The notes beneath the pieces were generated by a model. The model was not told the DNA's origin and made no database searches. It saw nothing but the letters and a program-made list of their open reading frames with translations. A DNA stretch of 64,000 bases from positions 21,578,001 through 21,642,000 of the forward strand of contig CM059433.1 of the NCBI GenBank assembly GCA_030390025.1, given 5' to 3'. Position 1 is the first letter of the stretch; each line of letters starts with the position of its first letter. A program made the translations under genes and the position numbers. Source of the DNA: Squalus acanthias (Eukaryota). This document shows, one piece after another, positions 1-12,890 of the stretch.

Positions 1-1339
1 CTTGGCTGAAACAGTGGAGAAAGGAATTTCAGACAAATACATTAAGCATTCATACATTAGTATCCCACTGTGTAATATTAGAAGCATGATGTCTATTTTG
101 GCGACCAACTCTTTTACATTTCACTGCATATACACTCAAGACAAATTGTATAAATGCAAGTAAGTTGCATTAAATTAAACTACAGTGCTTTGATTTTTTT
201 GTCCCATTTTTATATTCATTCTTAGCATTCTTGACAGCCAGTAAAATTTACAATTTGAATGATATAACCCAGATTCTGAGAGCCTTGCTTCACTGCCAGA
301 AGTCCAGCAGGAAGGGACATCTGCCCGGCTGCTAGCCCTCGCCTTAACCTCATCCAATGCTCAGGGAATGATAGGGGCAGGCTGTTAACAGTGCTACTGG
401 GGCATCTGGCCTATGGGGACAGTGGGATATCATCTGTTGCGGTGAAGGCATAGGCTAGTCTGGCCTAACTTTTCAAAGTACATAATTTTGAATGCTGGCT
501 GCTCAGTTATTGATTTGTCACTCTTTGAATGGCAGTCCATCTCTTAAGATCGATTGTGGTTTGGATATGACATAGTGGATCCCACGTACAGCTGCTATAA
601 GGGCACGACAACTGCTTCGTAAAGGCATCCCTCCCGTTGGTTTTATGACTGGTGGTACCAGGAGGATTTCCAGGGAGCCTGGCATGTCAGAACCTGGGGT
701 GGGGGGAATGGGGGAAAAGAAAGGGCAAAGGGATGAAGGCAGAAGAAGCCTCTACCCCTTCATTATTGGAATTTCTCAGTAAAGCCAGGGAAGGGAAGAA
801 ACTAGTTCCATCGCACAGCCCTTCTCCCAGCCTAGATTGTGCGAAATTCGCACACTAAATGGGCCTGAATTTCTACCCATATATCTTTTTTATTCATGTT
901 CTTAACCCCCTTTCCTCTCCTGAAAGAGGTGACTCATAATGCGGAAAGGTTTCACAGTCAGCAAAAGTCCTCTGTTACCTCATCCAAGCGCTGCTCTTTA
1001 CATACAAGCCTGATCATTGAATGTTGTCAGCTTAGCTGGCCATGTGAATCATCACAGCCAAGCCTATCCTGTCCTGATCTGATATTCAGATGTGCAGTTC
1101 CAGGAGAGGTCACTAGTTAGTGATGGTTAATTTTGTCCATCCCTATGTCAGGGAAGCTGAGGTGAATTATATACCCTCGCGACCACCCAATTGAAATTGC
1201 TCAACTAAGCACAGAGCAGGCATCAAACCTGAGACCTCTGTGGCCTACCTGTATCAGGACTATACGATGCAGCTCATTTGCCCATGAAGCCTTTGGGGGA
1301 GTCTCACTGCCCATAATGTAAGAAGCCTGGGAACTCTAA

Positions 1340-1841
1340 GGGGGAGAAATTCAGTATCGCCACATTTGGGGCGCAATTATCGGCCGGGCGCAAGGATTAG
1401 CACCTGGTGCTAATTATCGCCTCCGACTGCAAACTTGACTTTTATCGTCCCTGGAGGTGATTGGAGCGCTAAATCAGGCGCTTCACACCTGTCTTAAGGC
1501 GCAAAGGCCGAGGAGCGAGGCGCTACCTCAGAGCGCGGGCGAAGCTCATGTGATGTCAGTCAGCAATGGAACACACACACAATGGCCCCGGCCAGTTCTT
1601 AAAGGGGAGGATTGATCTTGCTTTCCATCCACATCCTGCTCATTGCAGCCTTGAATCTCGGCCTGGAGAGACCTGTACATCAAATCTGCTGGAAAGAACA
1701 ATGGAGAGTATCAGGGAAAGAGCTCAGAGTGCAGCCCCCACAATCTCTTCTAAATCGATACAAGGAAGGGCAAATCAAAATGAACCTGCAAAGTGCTGCT
1801 CAGTACCCAAAACTCCTTCACACAGCGTTGAATCTCTCCAG

Positions 1842-1876
<35 letters not shown>

Positions 1877-2244
1877 AATGCGTGGTTCAAAAATGTCACC
1901 AACAATAAAAGGCAGGAAGCGGTCGCCTTTAAATAGCACTCCCCCAGTCCCTTCCTGACTGCAAAGCGCTCCCCTCAACCTGTCGTTGCTAGCGGCAGGT
2001 GGTAAGGCAGGGGGCGCCACTTAATATCCGTTCCGGGGTGCTACTGGGGCGTTGCGCACTCGACTGACATCACGATCTGCCGGCGCAGCAGATCGTGGCG
2101 GTAGTGTTTAGTGCCGCCGCAAAATGTCTAGTTAATTTCGCGAGCGGCGCAAACATCGCCGCGCCTGGGCGCTAGTTGCTTTGCGCCCCATTAGCGCCCT
2201 CTTAAGGCGCTAACGGGAGGCGCAACCAACTGAATTTTTCCCCC
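1340..2244. mobile_element. PIF/Harbinger-type non-autonomous element, family A (GC-rich)
   Basis: TIRs gggggagaaattcagt / actgaatttttccccc, TAA target duplication (1337-1339, 2245-2247). Near-identical copy at 59213-60103. Internal (CT)n at ~1846-1874. Confidence 0.85.
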
Positions 2245-2307
2245 TAAGAAACATATATAATCTTATTCTATTCATCAAACAGATATGAAGAATTAAAACA
2301 AATTCAT

Positions 2308-2495
2308 GGGGGGTAATTTTACTTAACTCGCCGGGCAGGAAATCCACAGGATCGGGTAGAAGGGCGGTTTTACACCCCGTCTAATATTACTCGATATTGA
2401 CTTCAATGGAGAGTAAAATTGGACGGGGTGTAAAATCAACATTGCATCCGATCCCATCCATCTCTCAGTAGGTGGATTAGGTTAAAATTTCCCCC
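2308..2495. mobile_element. Short palindromic MITE (Harbinger-like ends)
   Basis: ggggggtaatttt...aaaatttccccc ends; internal symmetry about attgacttcaat (ttttacaccccgtc / gacggggtgtaaaa). Related element at 57745-57926. Confidence 0.65.
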
Positions 2496-2807
2496 AGAGT
2501 GTGGGGTATTTACAGCCACATTTATAGCACATAGTAATTCAAACCAATTTATAGCATGGGGTGATTTTATATTTTATGTACTAATTCCATTAAAATTTGT
2601 TAATGTAAATCAGTAGCTTTATTTTGTTTGAGACAAGCATATCTCAATTAGATAGATTTTCTATCCTGCAATTTAAAAAGAAAATTCATGCATTTTTATT
2701 TAATTACTGGTGTACTTCAGAATATTATAAGGATTGTGGTATAGAGTAATCTGTGCACTATTCTGTTTGGCCATTTCCCCAGAGGTGTTTGCAAATTAGT
2801 AAATTGA

Positions 2808-3047
<240 letters not shown>

Positions 3048-3639
3048 TGAACTGTTTGTATAAACAATGCCACACATATGTCCCCAGGTCCTCAGGTGAA
3101 CACTGATACTGTATTCATATTAGCTAATTCTTCAAATAGAAATGGTTCCGTAATAGTTTAGGCTCCTGGTGCTATAGAATCTACCCAGTTTTTTGTTGCA
3201 GGGAGGGCTCTATTGCGCCAGTAGCAACAAACAAACATGAGTGCGCAATTGTTTGAAAGTCATGGTTTGCAGCTTTATGTTCCGGCTCTGGGATTTTTTA
3301 TCCTGATGGATGGGTAACCGTACAGGCTGTCCTGCACCATGAGAGGATGTATTTATATTGATGCAGTGCTGCTGCTAACTTTGGAGGCATGAGGAAAACA
3401 CACAATGGTTTTGGCTTGATTTATGCCAACAGGACATGAACTGAACATTATATCAACATCTCCCAGCAGAAATTTCAAAATGTGTTTTTTTTGATGCAAG
3501 TATATTTTGTTTCCAACCTCTAAACGGTTTCCTTCTGCAAATCACACAGTTCATTTAAATGGATCAGAAGATGTAAGTTGCTGTGATAAGTTTGGGTCAC
3601 CTTTCATCACAAGGTTGACAATGCAGCACTTCTATCTCA

Positions 3640-6212
3640 TGAGTAGACTTTTGTTAAGTATTTGCCACATGTATTCTATAGACCACCAAATAGTGGTAAA
3701 GATATGGAGGAGCAAATTTGCAGAGAAATTACAGAGAGGTGCAAGAGCTATAGTGTAATAATAATGGGGGACTTCAACTATCCTAATATAGACTGGGATC
3801 GTAATAGTGTCAAGGGCAGAGAAGGGGAAGAATTTCTGAAGTGTGTTCAGGAGAACTTTCTTCATCAGTATGTTTCCGGCCCGACGAGGGAGGAGGAGGA
3901 GGCATTGCTGGATTTGGTTCTGGGGAATGAGGTAGGTCAAGTGGAGCAAGTGTCAGTAGGTGATCATTTAGGTAACAGTGATCATAATATCATAATAAGC
4001 TATGGAAAAAGACAGGGAGCAATCTAGAGTAACAATGTTTAACTGGGGGAAGGCCAATTTCAGTGGGATGAGAACGGATCTGGCCTGGGTAAACTGGAAT
4101 CAAAGATTGGCAGGCAAAACTGTAGTGGAACAATGGGCTGCCTTTAAAGAGGAAATACTTTGGGTACAGTTGAGGTACATTCCCACAAGGGAGAAAGGTA
4201 GGGCAACTAAAATCAGAGCTCCCTGGATGATGAACAGATAAAGAATATGATGAAGCAGAAAAAGAGCGCGTTTGACAGATGTCAGGTTGCAAATATATCT
4301 GAGAATCAGGCGATATAGAAAGGTCAGAGGAGAAGTGAAAAAGAAAATAAGAGGGGCAAAGAGAGGATATGAGAATAGAATGGCAGTCAACATAAAAGAT
4401 AATCCAAAAGTCTTCGATAGGCATATAAATAGTAAAAGGGTAGTAAGAGGAGGGGTGGGGCCAATTAGGGACCAAAAAGGAGACCTATGCATGGAGGCAG
4501 AGGGTATAAATTAGGTACTAAATGAGTACTTTGCATCTGTCTTCACCAAGGAAGAGGATGCTGCCATAGACATAATGAAGGAGGAGGTAGTAGAGACACT
4601 TGATAGTATAAAAATTGATAAAGAAGAGGTATTAGAAAGCTGGCTGTACTTAAAGTGGATAAATCACCAGGAGCAGATGGATGCATCCTCGGATGCTGAG
4701 GGAATTGAAGGCTGAAATCACGGAGGTACTGGCCATAATATTCCAATCCTCCATAGATACCGGGGTGGTGCCAGAAGCCTGGAGAATTGGAAAAGTTACA
4801 CCATTGTTCAAAAAAAAGAAAGAAAGACTTAGAAAAAAGGGTGTAAAGATAAACCCAGCAACTACAGGCCAGTCAGTTTAACCTCGGTAGTGGGGAAGCT
4901 TTTAGAAACAGTAATCAGGGACAAAATCAACAGTCACTTGGATAAGTGTGGATTAATTAAGGAAAGCCAGCATGGATTTGTTAAAGGCAAATCGTGTTTA
5001 ACCAACTTGATCGAGCGTTTTGATGAGGTGACAGAAGGGTTGATAAGGGTAATGCGGTTGACGTGGTGTATATGGATTTTCAAAAGGCGTTCGACAAAGT
5101 GCCACATAATAGGCTTGCTAACAAAATTGAAGCCCATGGAATAAAAGGGACAGTAGCAGCCTGGAAACTAAATTGGCTAAGTGACAGGAAATAGAGAGTA
5201 GTGGTGAACGGTTGTTTTTCGGACTAGAGGAAGGTGTACAGTGGTGTTCCCCAGGGGTCAGTTATGGGACCACTGCTTTTCTTGATATATATTAATGACT
5301 TGGACGTGGGTGTACAGGGCACAATTTCAAAATTTGCAGATGACACAAAACTTGGAAGTATAGTGAACAGTCAGGAAGACATAGACAGGCTGGTGAAATG
5401 GGCAGACACATGGCAGATGAAATTTAACGCAGAAAAGTGTGAAGTGATGCATTTTGGTAAAAAGAATGAGGAGAGGGCATATAAACAAAATGGTACAATC
5501 CTAAAGGGGGTGCACGAACAGAGAGACCTGGGGGTATATGTGCATAAATCGTTGAAGGTGGCAGGGCAGGTTGAGAAAGCAGTTAAAAAGGCTTACGGGA
5601 TCCTGGGCTTCATAAATAGTGGTATAGAGTTCAAAAGTGTGGAAATTATGATGAACCTGTATAAAACACTGGTTCAGCCCCAACTGGAGTACTGTGTCCA
5701 ATTCTGGGCACCACATTTTGGGAAGGATGTGAAGGCCTTAGAGAGGGTGCAGAAAAGATTTACGAGAATGATTCCAGGAATGAGGGACTTCAGTTACATT
5801 GATAGACTAGAGAAGCTAGGGTTGTTCTCCTTGGAGCTGAGAAGATTGAGAGGAGATTTGGTAGAGGTGTTCAAAATCATGAGGGGTAGATAGAGAGAAA
5901 CTGTTCCCATTGGCAGAAGGGTCGAGAACCAGAGGACACAGATCTAAGGTGATTGAGAAAAGAACCAAAGGCGACGTAGGAAAAAAGTTTTTTTACACAG
6001 CGAGTGGTTACGATCTGGAATGCACTGCCTGAAAGGGTGGTGGAGGCAGACTCAATTTTAGCTTTCAAAAGGTAGTTGGATAAGTATCTGAAGGAAAAAA
6101 AAATTGCAGTGCTACGGGGAAAGGGCGGGGGAGTGGGACTAGCTGAGAGTCGGCACGGGCTCGACGGCCCGAATCGCCTTCTTCCGTGCTGTAACCATTC
6201 TACGATTCTATG
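3640..6212 (+). mobile_element. CR1-clade LINE, 5'-truncated, frameshifted ORF2 (endonuclease + reverse transcriptase) with 3' tail
   Basis: ORF fragments YRPPN..IIMGDFNYPNIDW..SDHN (APE endonuclease), QHGF, GVPQGSVMGPLLFLIYINDL, KFADDTKL (RT). Ends in an attctacgattctatg tail at ~6197-6212. Confidence 0.93.
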
Positions 6213-6670
6213 TATTTAAGCTCTTAAAGGAGGAGTATAGCAGCAATGGGAACAGTGACATTATCTTGTTCTAATAGTCTCGCTTTGACAGATGTCAGTC
6301 AGAACTTCCCTAACATTATTACTTTGACTTAATGTGGAGCACACACTTTAATGCATTGGTCTGACCTTTCTCCAGTTTGACTCATTAGTAGTGAACCTTG
6401 CCTTGGCACGCACAGACTGTCCTGAACTCTCTTGGTAGAGTCTGGACAGATGAGTACTGCAGCCTGTGTTCAATTCAATCAATCTTATGCCTACAAATCA
6501 GGGTGAGCAAATTTTGTGTAATTCTGCCTCAACTTGATTTCAGTAAGTGAACATTTGCTGCCCTCAGTTCTTGATCAGTTTTTCCTGTGAGATTAACACA
6601 GTAATTTGATTCTGATGGTATTGTGGATGTGCTGGGTTTTGTATTTCTCAATAAGCCTGCATAAAAAAGA

Positions 6671-6758
6671 TAGAAAGACTTGCATTTCTATAACGCCTTT
6701 CACGACCACCGGACGTCCCAAAGCGCTTTACAGCCAATGAAGTACTTTTTGAAGTGTA
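6671..6758 (-). mobile_element. DeuSINE 3' fragment, split by a MITE (continues 7608-7632)
   Basis: gaaagacttgcatttctataacgcctttcacgaccaccggacgtcccaaagcgctttacagccaatg matches the reverse complement of 58395-58460; resumes as gccactgttgtaatg after the insertion. Confidence 0.75.
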
Positions 6759-7607
6759 GGCCGTGATTTTGCGTTCGGCGTCGGGATGGGTGGGGGTCAG
6801 CTGGTTACCGGGTTCTGGTCCAGCCCCCAGCTGCCTCCGCTACACAGACGTGATTTTCGCTTGCTTGACCTTGTTAAACCTGCCCTGCCAATTAACAGGA
6901 AGCGGGTCTGATGACGTCATTTGATGACGCGTCATCTGCCAGTTTCCTTAAAGGGACCACGCACAATTTTATTTTGACAGTTGATTTCTCAGTGTTTGAC
7001 AGCATTGAGGTGCTGAAAACACTGACAATCACTGCACAAAGGTGACCACTTGCACCCAGGCTCTCCAATGATTCCCTCCATATGCTGGAATAGATGGCAG
7101 CTGCAGATGAGATGACAGAAGCGATCTGTCAGTGGTGAGAGAGGTTCTCCCAATAAGGGGGCACTGGACATATAGTTGGATTTAAAAACTTGTAAGCTAA
7201 AGAAATCTGTATATGTTCTAAAAATGCAGTAACCAACATTTTCTTTGCTCTGAAACTCACCACGTGCAACATTGCATCCTTCACACCACTTCTGCAGCTG
7301 TCATCTTTTCACAAACATTGCACCAGACTCACAATACGCCACACTTACCTGGCGTGGTGTCCGGACATCGGGAAACCCGACCCAGAGGCGGGAAAATCGA
7401 AAAACAGGCTGAACACTACTGTTAATAGGCAGGTAATTGCCTTTAATCCGTTTCCTGCCGCTAGGTGTTGGGTCCATTCGCAAATCGGGTACCCGACACT
7501 TGGGAAGGCTGTTTGGAGGCGGGTTGACGGCGGGTTCGGGACCCGCCATCAATCAATAGGACTTTAACCTCTGACCCGCCTCTCTGAGCGCCGGCAAAAT
7601 CGTGGCC
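6759..7607 (+). mobile_element. Harbinger non-autonomous element, family C (deletion derivative of 42577-44365)
   Basis: TIRs ggccgtgattttgc / gcaaaatcgtggcc, flanks gta/ata. 6900-7090 aligns with 42735-42925 (start of Myb-like coding) and then jumps to sequence like 43830-43905. Confidence 0.8.
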
Positions 7608-8094
7608 ATAGCCACTGTTGTAATGCAGGAAGTTGTAATGTTGTAAAAATATTAATGGAAACAACGCCAACATTTCATGATTGTTCATTTTTCACTGTAT
7701 CTCCTGTTATTTTTTCACGCTGCCATCAGATGGGACTCAGATTAGTTTATACCCTCCGTATGCAACTGTTCATGTTATCTTCAGAATCACTTGACCTGCT
7801 AAGATAAACATTGTGAATAGTGTGACAAGGTGAATTAATGGTGCAAATGTGGAAACCACACACTTTCAATTTAAACTAACAGACATTTCCCTTCAAAATC
7901 ACTTTGCTCAAAAGTTTAAGGCGTGTGATATCATACACAACAGTGACCTTTAGTTTTATGGTTTCTATGCATAATTGAGTGGACTAGATGAGTTCCCAAA
8001 TATTACTTCAATCTGCTTTGAAGGCAGGTTTTACTGGAATTTTGAGAGACAAAAAGGAGAAGTGTAATACTGTATGAGAATACCTCCTGGATAG

Positions 8095-8900
8095 GGATAG
8101 TGTCGCAAAACAAACAGACAGACAGACATCAACAAGAATAATTCCAAGACGTAAGGCTCCAAGTTGTGAGGAAAGATTAATTTCACTCTACTTGTTTTCA
8201 CTGGTAAAAAGATTAAGGGGAAATATGTTCCAGTTCTTTAACATACAGAGGCATAGATGGTGTAGATGTAAGAGCCCTGTTTGACATATAGAAAGAAAGA
8301 AGTTGCATTTTTATAGCGCATTTAATGACTTCAGAGAGGCCCAAAGCGCTTTACAGCCAATGAAGTACTTTCGAAGTGTAGTCATTGTGGTAATGTAGGA
8401 AACACGGCAGCCAATTGTGCACAGCAAGGTCCCACAAACAGCAATGTGATAATGATCAGATGATCTGTTTCAGTGATGTTGATTGAGGGATAAATATTGG
8501 CCAGGACACCGGGGAGAACTCTCCTGCTCTTCTTCGAAATAGTGCCATGGGATCTTTTACGCCCACATGAGAGGGCAGATGGGACCTCGGTTTAACGTTT
8601 CATCTGAAAGACAGCACCTTTGACAGTGCAGCACTCCCTCAGTGTCGGCCTAGATTATGTGCTCAAGTCTCCAGAATGGGGCTGTGACCATAAGCACAAG
8701 ACTAATGGACACAAGTTTAAAATAAGCTAGAGATTTGGAGAAACATTTTTCTCTTATAGGATAATAGAGAGTTGAGGCAGAGTGACTTAACTCCTTCAGA
8801 AAGAAACCAGATAAATATCTGGTTGGTAACAGTATTGGCGGTCATAGGGATAGGATGGCTAAGGGAGCTCATGGACTTCTTTGTCACTAAGACTGAGATT
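8095..8900 (+). mobile_element. Old CR1 3' remnant interrupted by a DeuSINE
   Basis: Degenerate CR1 end motifs (gaggaaagatta..ttgttttcactgg..aagattaagggga; ggacacaagtttaaaata) on both sides of the SINE. Confidence 0.5.
8290..8684 (-). mobile_element. DeuSINE (SacSINE1-like) copy
   Basis: Deu-domain core in reverse (gtgccatgggatcttttac..cctcggtttaacgtttcatctgaaagacagcacc) and L2-type tail ttgcatttttatagcgc. Confidence 0.8.
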
Positions 8901-9341
8901 ATCCATTCAGCTGTTTCCCCCGCCCCCCACCCCAGTCTCCCCCATGCCCTTGACCTGATCCTGCTTCTTTCTCTAGCATCTCTCCTATTTGCCCTCATGG
9001 GCTCTCTGAGCTCATCTTGTCCATGAGGTCCACCACCTGTTCCCTTCTCTAAATGGATCAAATGCCTTTGTTTTGTTCCGTGCTTTCTGATGTCCTAACG
9101 CATATGTGTGAAACATGTAGGACTGTGAAATTGGGCAGCAAGGAGTCTTCCTGAAATATTGTCAAAAAATATCAGCCCAATTTCATTTTCCAATCAGACC
9201 TGAGGAAAAGTTGGAAGTTCCCACCTGAAACAGGTGAGTGCTTCATTGCAAAAGGGGAAAATGAGGAAACGTGTGGACACCAAATATTCAGAAAGCCCAG
9301 GAAACTGTCACAAGGAGGTCTTGGTGCCCACAGTTGTTAAA

Positions 9342-10293
9342 GGGCTAGAAATTGGAGAGCGCTGGAAACCTGCCGCGGGCCGGAGTTAACGCCCGCTGAA
9401 ATTGGATGGCGCTGGCAGGACCGTTAACATTAGCCCAGCGCTAAACTTACTTTGCAAGGCTGGTTTTCCTGGTGGTAGTCCCGGAAGGAGGCCCCAATGT
9501 AGCGTGGCCATAGCGTTGTTGCAGCAAGAAAAGCCTTCTCTTAAAGCAAGGCTGTCATTTTAGAAAGCAGTGTTGGTCCCTTAAAGGGGGACTGCCTTAT
9601 AAAATGAAAAAAATAAAAAATATTTTTAAAATAGGCAATTTTTAGCCCTTACAGCTCAACTGCCTTCTGAAAATAAAATATTTAAAGAATTCCCAAATGC
9701 CAGTCTTCAGCTCTTGAATTGCCTTCCACACCTAAAAAAAATGGGAAAAGTGCTTCAACACTAACACAAATGAGTCAGCAAGCCAGGGAAGAGGCACCCA
9801 GGGTCTCAGACGCAGCACTCCAGCTTTGTGCAGGGGGTCAACACTGCAAGAGAGGTCCTCTACCCACAGGGGGCCAGGAGACCCTCCAGAAAGAAGGATG
9901 TGGGACCAGATCACAGAGGCCGTCACTGCCAGCAGTGTCATCCCCACGGCCTGGCTCCAGGGATCATGATACCTATGGCGTTGGAGCAGTACACATACTC
10001 CTACTGCCTGCTACTTTTCGTTGGTGGTGGTGAGGGCTGTTTACATATCCTGTGCGGGGCAGGCCCAGCCGATAACTAATTTTGTAAAAGGGTCCTTCGA
10101 CAGGCGATAGGCCCCTAATTAACACACTCAAGAGTCCAAATGTCTGCTTTGGGTCTAAAACAATGGGGTCCAAGAATTTAGCAGTAGGACCAACGCCTGC
10201 GCAGATTGAGTGCAGACCGTCCCACTGCTAAATTGGTATGCTTTGCCCTTGTTTTCAGCACAAAAAATGGGCGCAATGCATGCCAATTCTACC
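9342..10293 (+). mobile_element. Harbinger-type element with Myb/SANT-like coding relic
   Basis: gggctagaaattgg ... ccaattctacc ends. 9770-9960 reads across frameshifts as MSQQAREEAPRVSDAAL..QGVNTAREVLYPQGARRPS..WDQITEAVTASSVIPTAWLQ, similar to the Myb ORF at 42860-43100. Confidence 0.65.
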
Positions 10294-10294
10294 T

Positions 10295-10392
10295 GTGGCT
10301 CGGTTTCACATTTTGTTTGATAACACTCCTGTGAAGCGCCTTGGGACGTTTTACTACATTACAGGCGTCATATAAATGCAAGTTGTTATTAT
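10295..10392 (+). mobile_element. L2 LINE 3' end fragment
   Basis: gtggctcgg..ttgtttgataacactcctgtgaagcgccttgggacgtttt..ataaatgcaagttgtt is the reverse complement of 25745-25835. Confidence 0.7.
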
Positions 10393-10399
10393 TGTATCT

Positions 10400-11920
10400 T
10401 AACTCCATTTACCTACCTTGGTTCCATATCCCTTAATACCTTTGCCTAATAAATATCTATCAATCTCAGTTTTGAAATTTTCAATTGACCTGTTTCAACA
10501 GCTTTTTGGGGGAGAGAGTTCCAGATTTCCACTATCCATTGTGTGAAGAATTGCTTCCTGACATCACCGCTGAATGTCCTAGCTCTAATTTTAAGGCTAT
10601 ACCCCTTGTTCTGGACTCCCTCACCAGAGCAAAGAGTTTCTCTCTGTCCGCCCTATCAAATCATTTAATCATCTTAAACTCCTCAATTAGATCATCCATT
10701 AATCTTCTATACTCAAGGGAATACAAGCCTAGTCTATGCAACCGGTCCTGATAATTTAACCATTTTAGCCCTGGTATCAGTCTGGTGAATCTGTGATGCA
10801 TCCCCTCCAAGGCCAATATATCTTTCCTGAGGTGCATTGCTCAGAACTGAACGCAATACTGCAGATGCTTTATATAACCGTAGCATAACAGCCACCACTT
10901 TGTATTCCAGTCCCCTTGAGATGAAGGCTAAGGGGGGAATTTTTCGGGGGTCAGCGGGTGCGTTCGGTGGTGGGCTGGGTGGGAAAAAACATTTTTTGAC
11001 AGTGGGTCGGGACCCCGCTGTCAACCCGCCGCCACGCGCCTTTCCCAGATGTCAGGTCTGTCAGGGCTGAACAGACCCGACATGCAGTGGCGGGGGAGAC
11101 AATTCAGGTCATTATGATCTTGTTAACAGCCCATTAAAAAGTATTTTGAACTCAACTTAATTGGGCTGGGTAACGCGCAGGGCGGGTTTAACAAAGCCCA
11201 TTACGGTAAAATCTTGTTTTGCAGCGGAATGAAGGCAGCAACGGGCTGGCGGCCCGCTACCAACCTCTCCCAACACGGACCCGCCCAGGCAGGCAAAATT
11301 GCGGCCTAATATTCTATTAGCCTTTTAAAATTATTTTTTGTACCTTCCCACTATTTTTTAATGATTTCTGTACATGGACCCCTAAATCTCTCTGCTCTTA
11401 GTTTCTCACCATTTAGAAAATACTTCGACCTATCTTTCTTATGTCCAAAGTGGATGACCTTGCACTTCCCCACACTGAACTCCATCTGCCACAGTTTTGC
11501 CCACTCAGTTAACCTATCAATGTCCCTTTGCAACTTTCTGCTCCCGTCTACACTATTTACTGTGCCACCTAACTTAGGGTCATCAGCAAGCTTGGATCTG
11601 CGGTTCTCTATTCCTTCATCTAAGTCAATTATAAATATAATGAAAAGCTGAGGCCCCAGTATAGGTCCCTGGCGGACACCACTGGTCACATCCTGCCAAT
11701 TGGAGTACATACTCATTATCCCAACTCTCTGTCTCCTACCTCCTAAACAATTCCCTACCCATGTCTAAAATTTGGCTCCAATTCCATACGCTCTAATTTT
11801 TGCTAACAATCCCTTGTGTGGAACCTTATTGAATGCCTTCTGGAAGTCCATATAAATAACATCCACAGACACTCCCTTATCTACCACGTTAGTGACCGCC
11901 TCAAAAAACTCAATGAAGTT
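10400..11920 (-). mobile_element. CR1 LINE RT fragment interrupted by a MITE at 10932-11306
   Basis: Minus-strand ORF WQDVTSGVRQGPILGPQLF..SKLADDPKLGG..WQMEFSVGKCKVIHFG; LAFISRGLEYK resumes across the insertion. Confidence 0.85.
10932..11306 (-). mobile_element. Harbinger MITE, family C, nested in CR1
   Basis: Perfect TAA duplication (10929-10931, 11307-11309); ends ggggggaattttt / aaaattgcggcc. 10932-11150 is the reverse complement of 44140-44365. Confidence 0.85.
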
Positions 11921-12318
11921 TACACTTGGAGTTGTGAATCATTATTCAAATTAGCTTAGACCAGAGAATTTAGTGCTATTTGCAGTTGACTATTCAGATG
12001 GGATTAGCACCAATACTAAACCATTTTGAATTGACTTAGACATGCACATAAAAATTGCCCCTCCCCACCCCTCTATCTTACCCACCCCTCAGTTTGTGTG
12101 ATTCCAGCAAACTGGTCTATAAAATGGCAAAATGAGTCAAAGCAATTAGTCTGTTTGCCTTAACACTGAGCGGATGGAAGAAGGCATTGAAATGAATGGC
12201 TTCATTAGGAGCGATATGAAGTTGAGTGCTGTTCAAAAGAGCACCAATATCCAAACTGAAATAATGCTGAAGACCTTTATTCTTTAAGAACTGTAACCTT
12301 TCAGAATATAATTTTATA

Positions 12319-12673
12319 CAGGAAACTCTCGTTTAAACGGCACCTAAATATCCGGAATTCTCTAATAACCGGCAGAATTCATACTCCGAAAACTACAGTA
12401 TACAGTCGCTTATAAGTTTTGTTTTACTGTTAAGTAATTAAAGAGTTTTGGATTACCCTCAACTGGCATTACTGTACTTAATCAAGCATCTTCCACCATC
12501 TATTTAACACATCATTCTGTAGGGGAGTACCCAATTATACTGCACATTTCTTGATTTTTTTATTTTTGTTTGTTAAAAATAGCCTCGGTAGATAACCCTC
12601 TCCGTTATCCGGAATTTTTAATCAACCGGCACCATCCCGGTCCCGTCGGTGCCGGATACCAAAGAGTTTCCTG
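12319..12673. mobile_element. Tc1/mariner-superfamily (pogo/Tigger-like) MITE
   Basis: TA|caggaaactct ... agagtttcctg|TA with subterminal cggcacc/ggtgccg and ccggaatt repeats. Second copy at 53402-55720. Confidence 0.85.
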
Positions 12674-12890
12674 TAGTCATGCTATATTTCCTCATTTTCA
12701 GGGAGGAAGTGTTTGGATTTGAAGTCAGCGTATTGCTAGTGAGATTTTGAGTGTCAGTCATTAAATATTTGTCAATACAGATGTTATAATTTCAGCTCCA
12801 TTTTTCACTTTTTTATGGTATAAGTCTGCTTATTATAGTTCTCACTTTGTCAAATATAAGAAAACTCTTTAAAAAAAAACAATAACTGAG

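Noticed and set aside
900..1300. Ancient dispersed repeat also seen near 27010-27170, 35960-36220, 38930-39130 and 40570-40680
   Set aside because: Similarity is visible but too degraded to give boundaries or a family, so it is not listed as a feature.
1566..1958. Similar ORFs at 1566 and 59438 as a duplicated small gene
   Set aside because: The similarity follows from the duplicated transposon; a microsatellite length change shifts the frame between copies.
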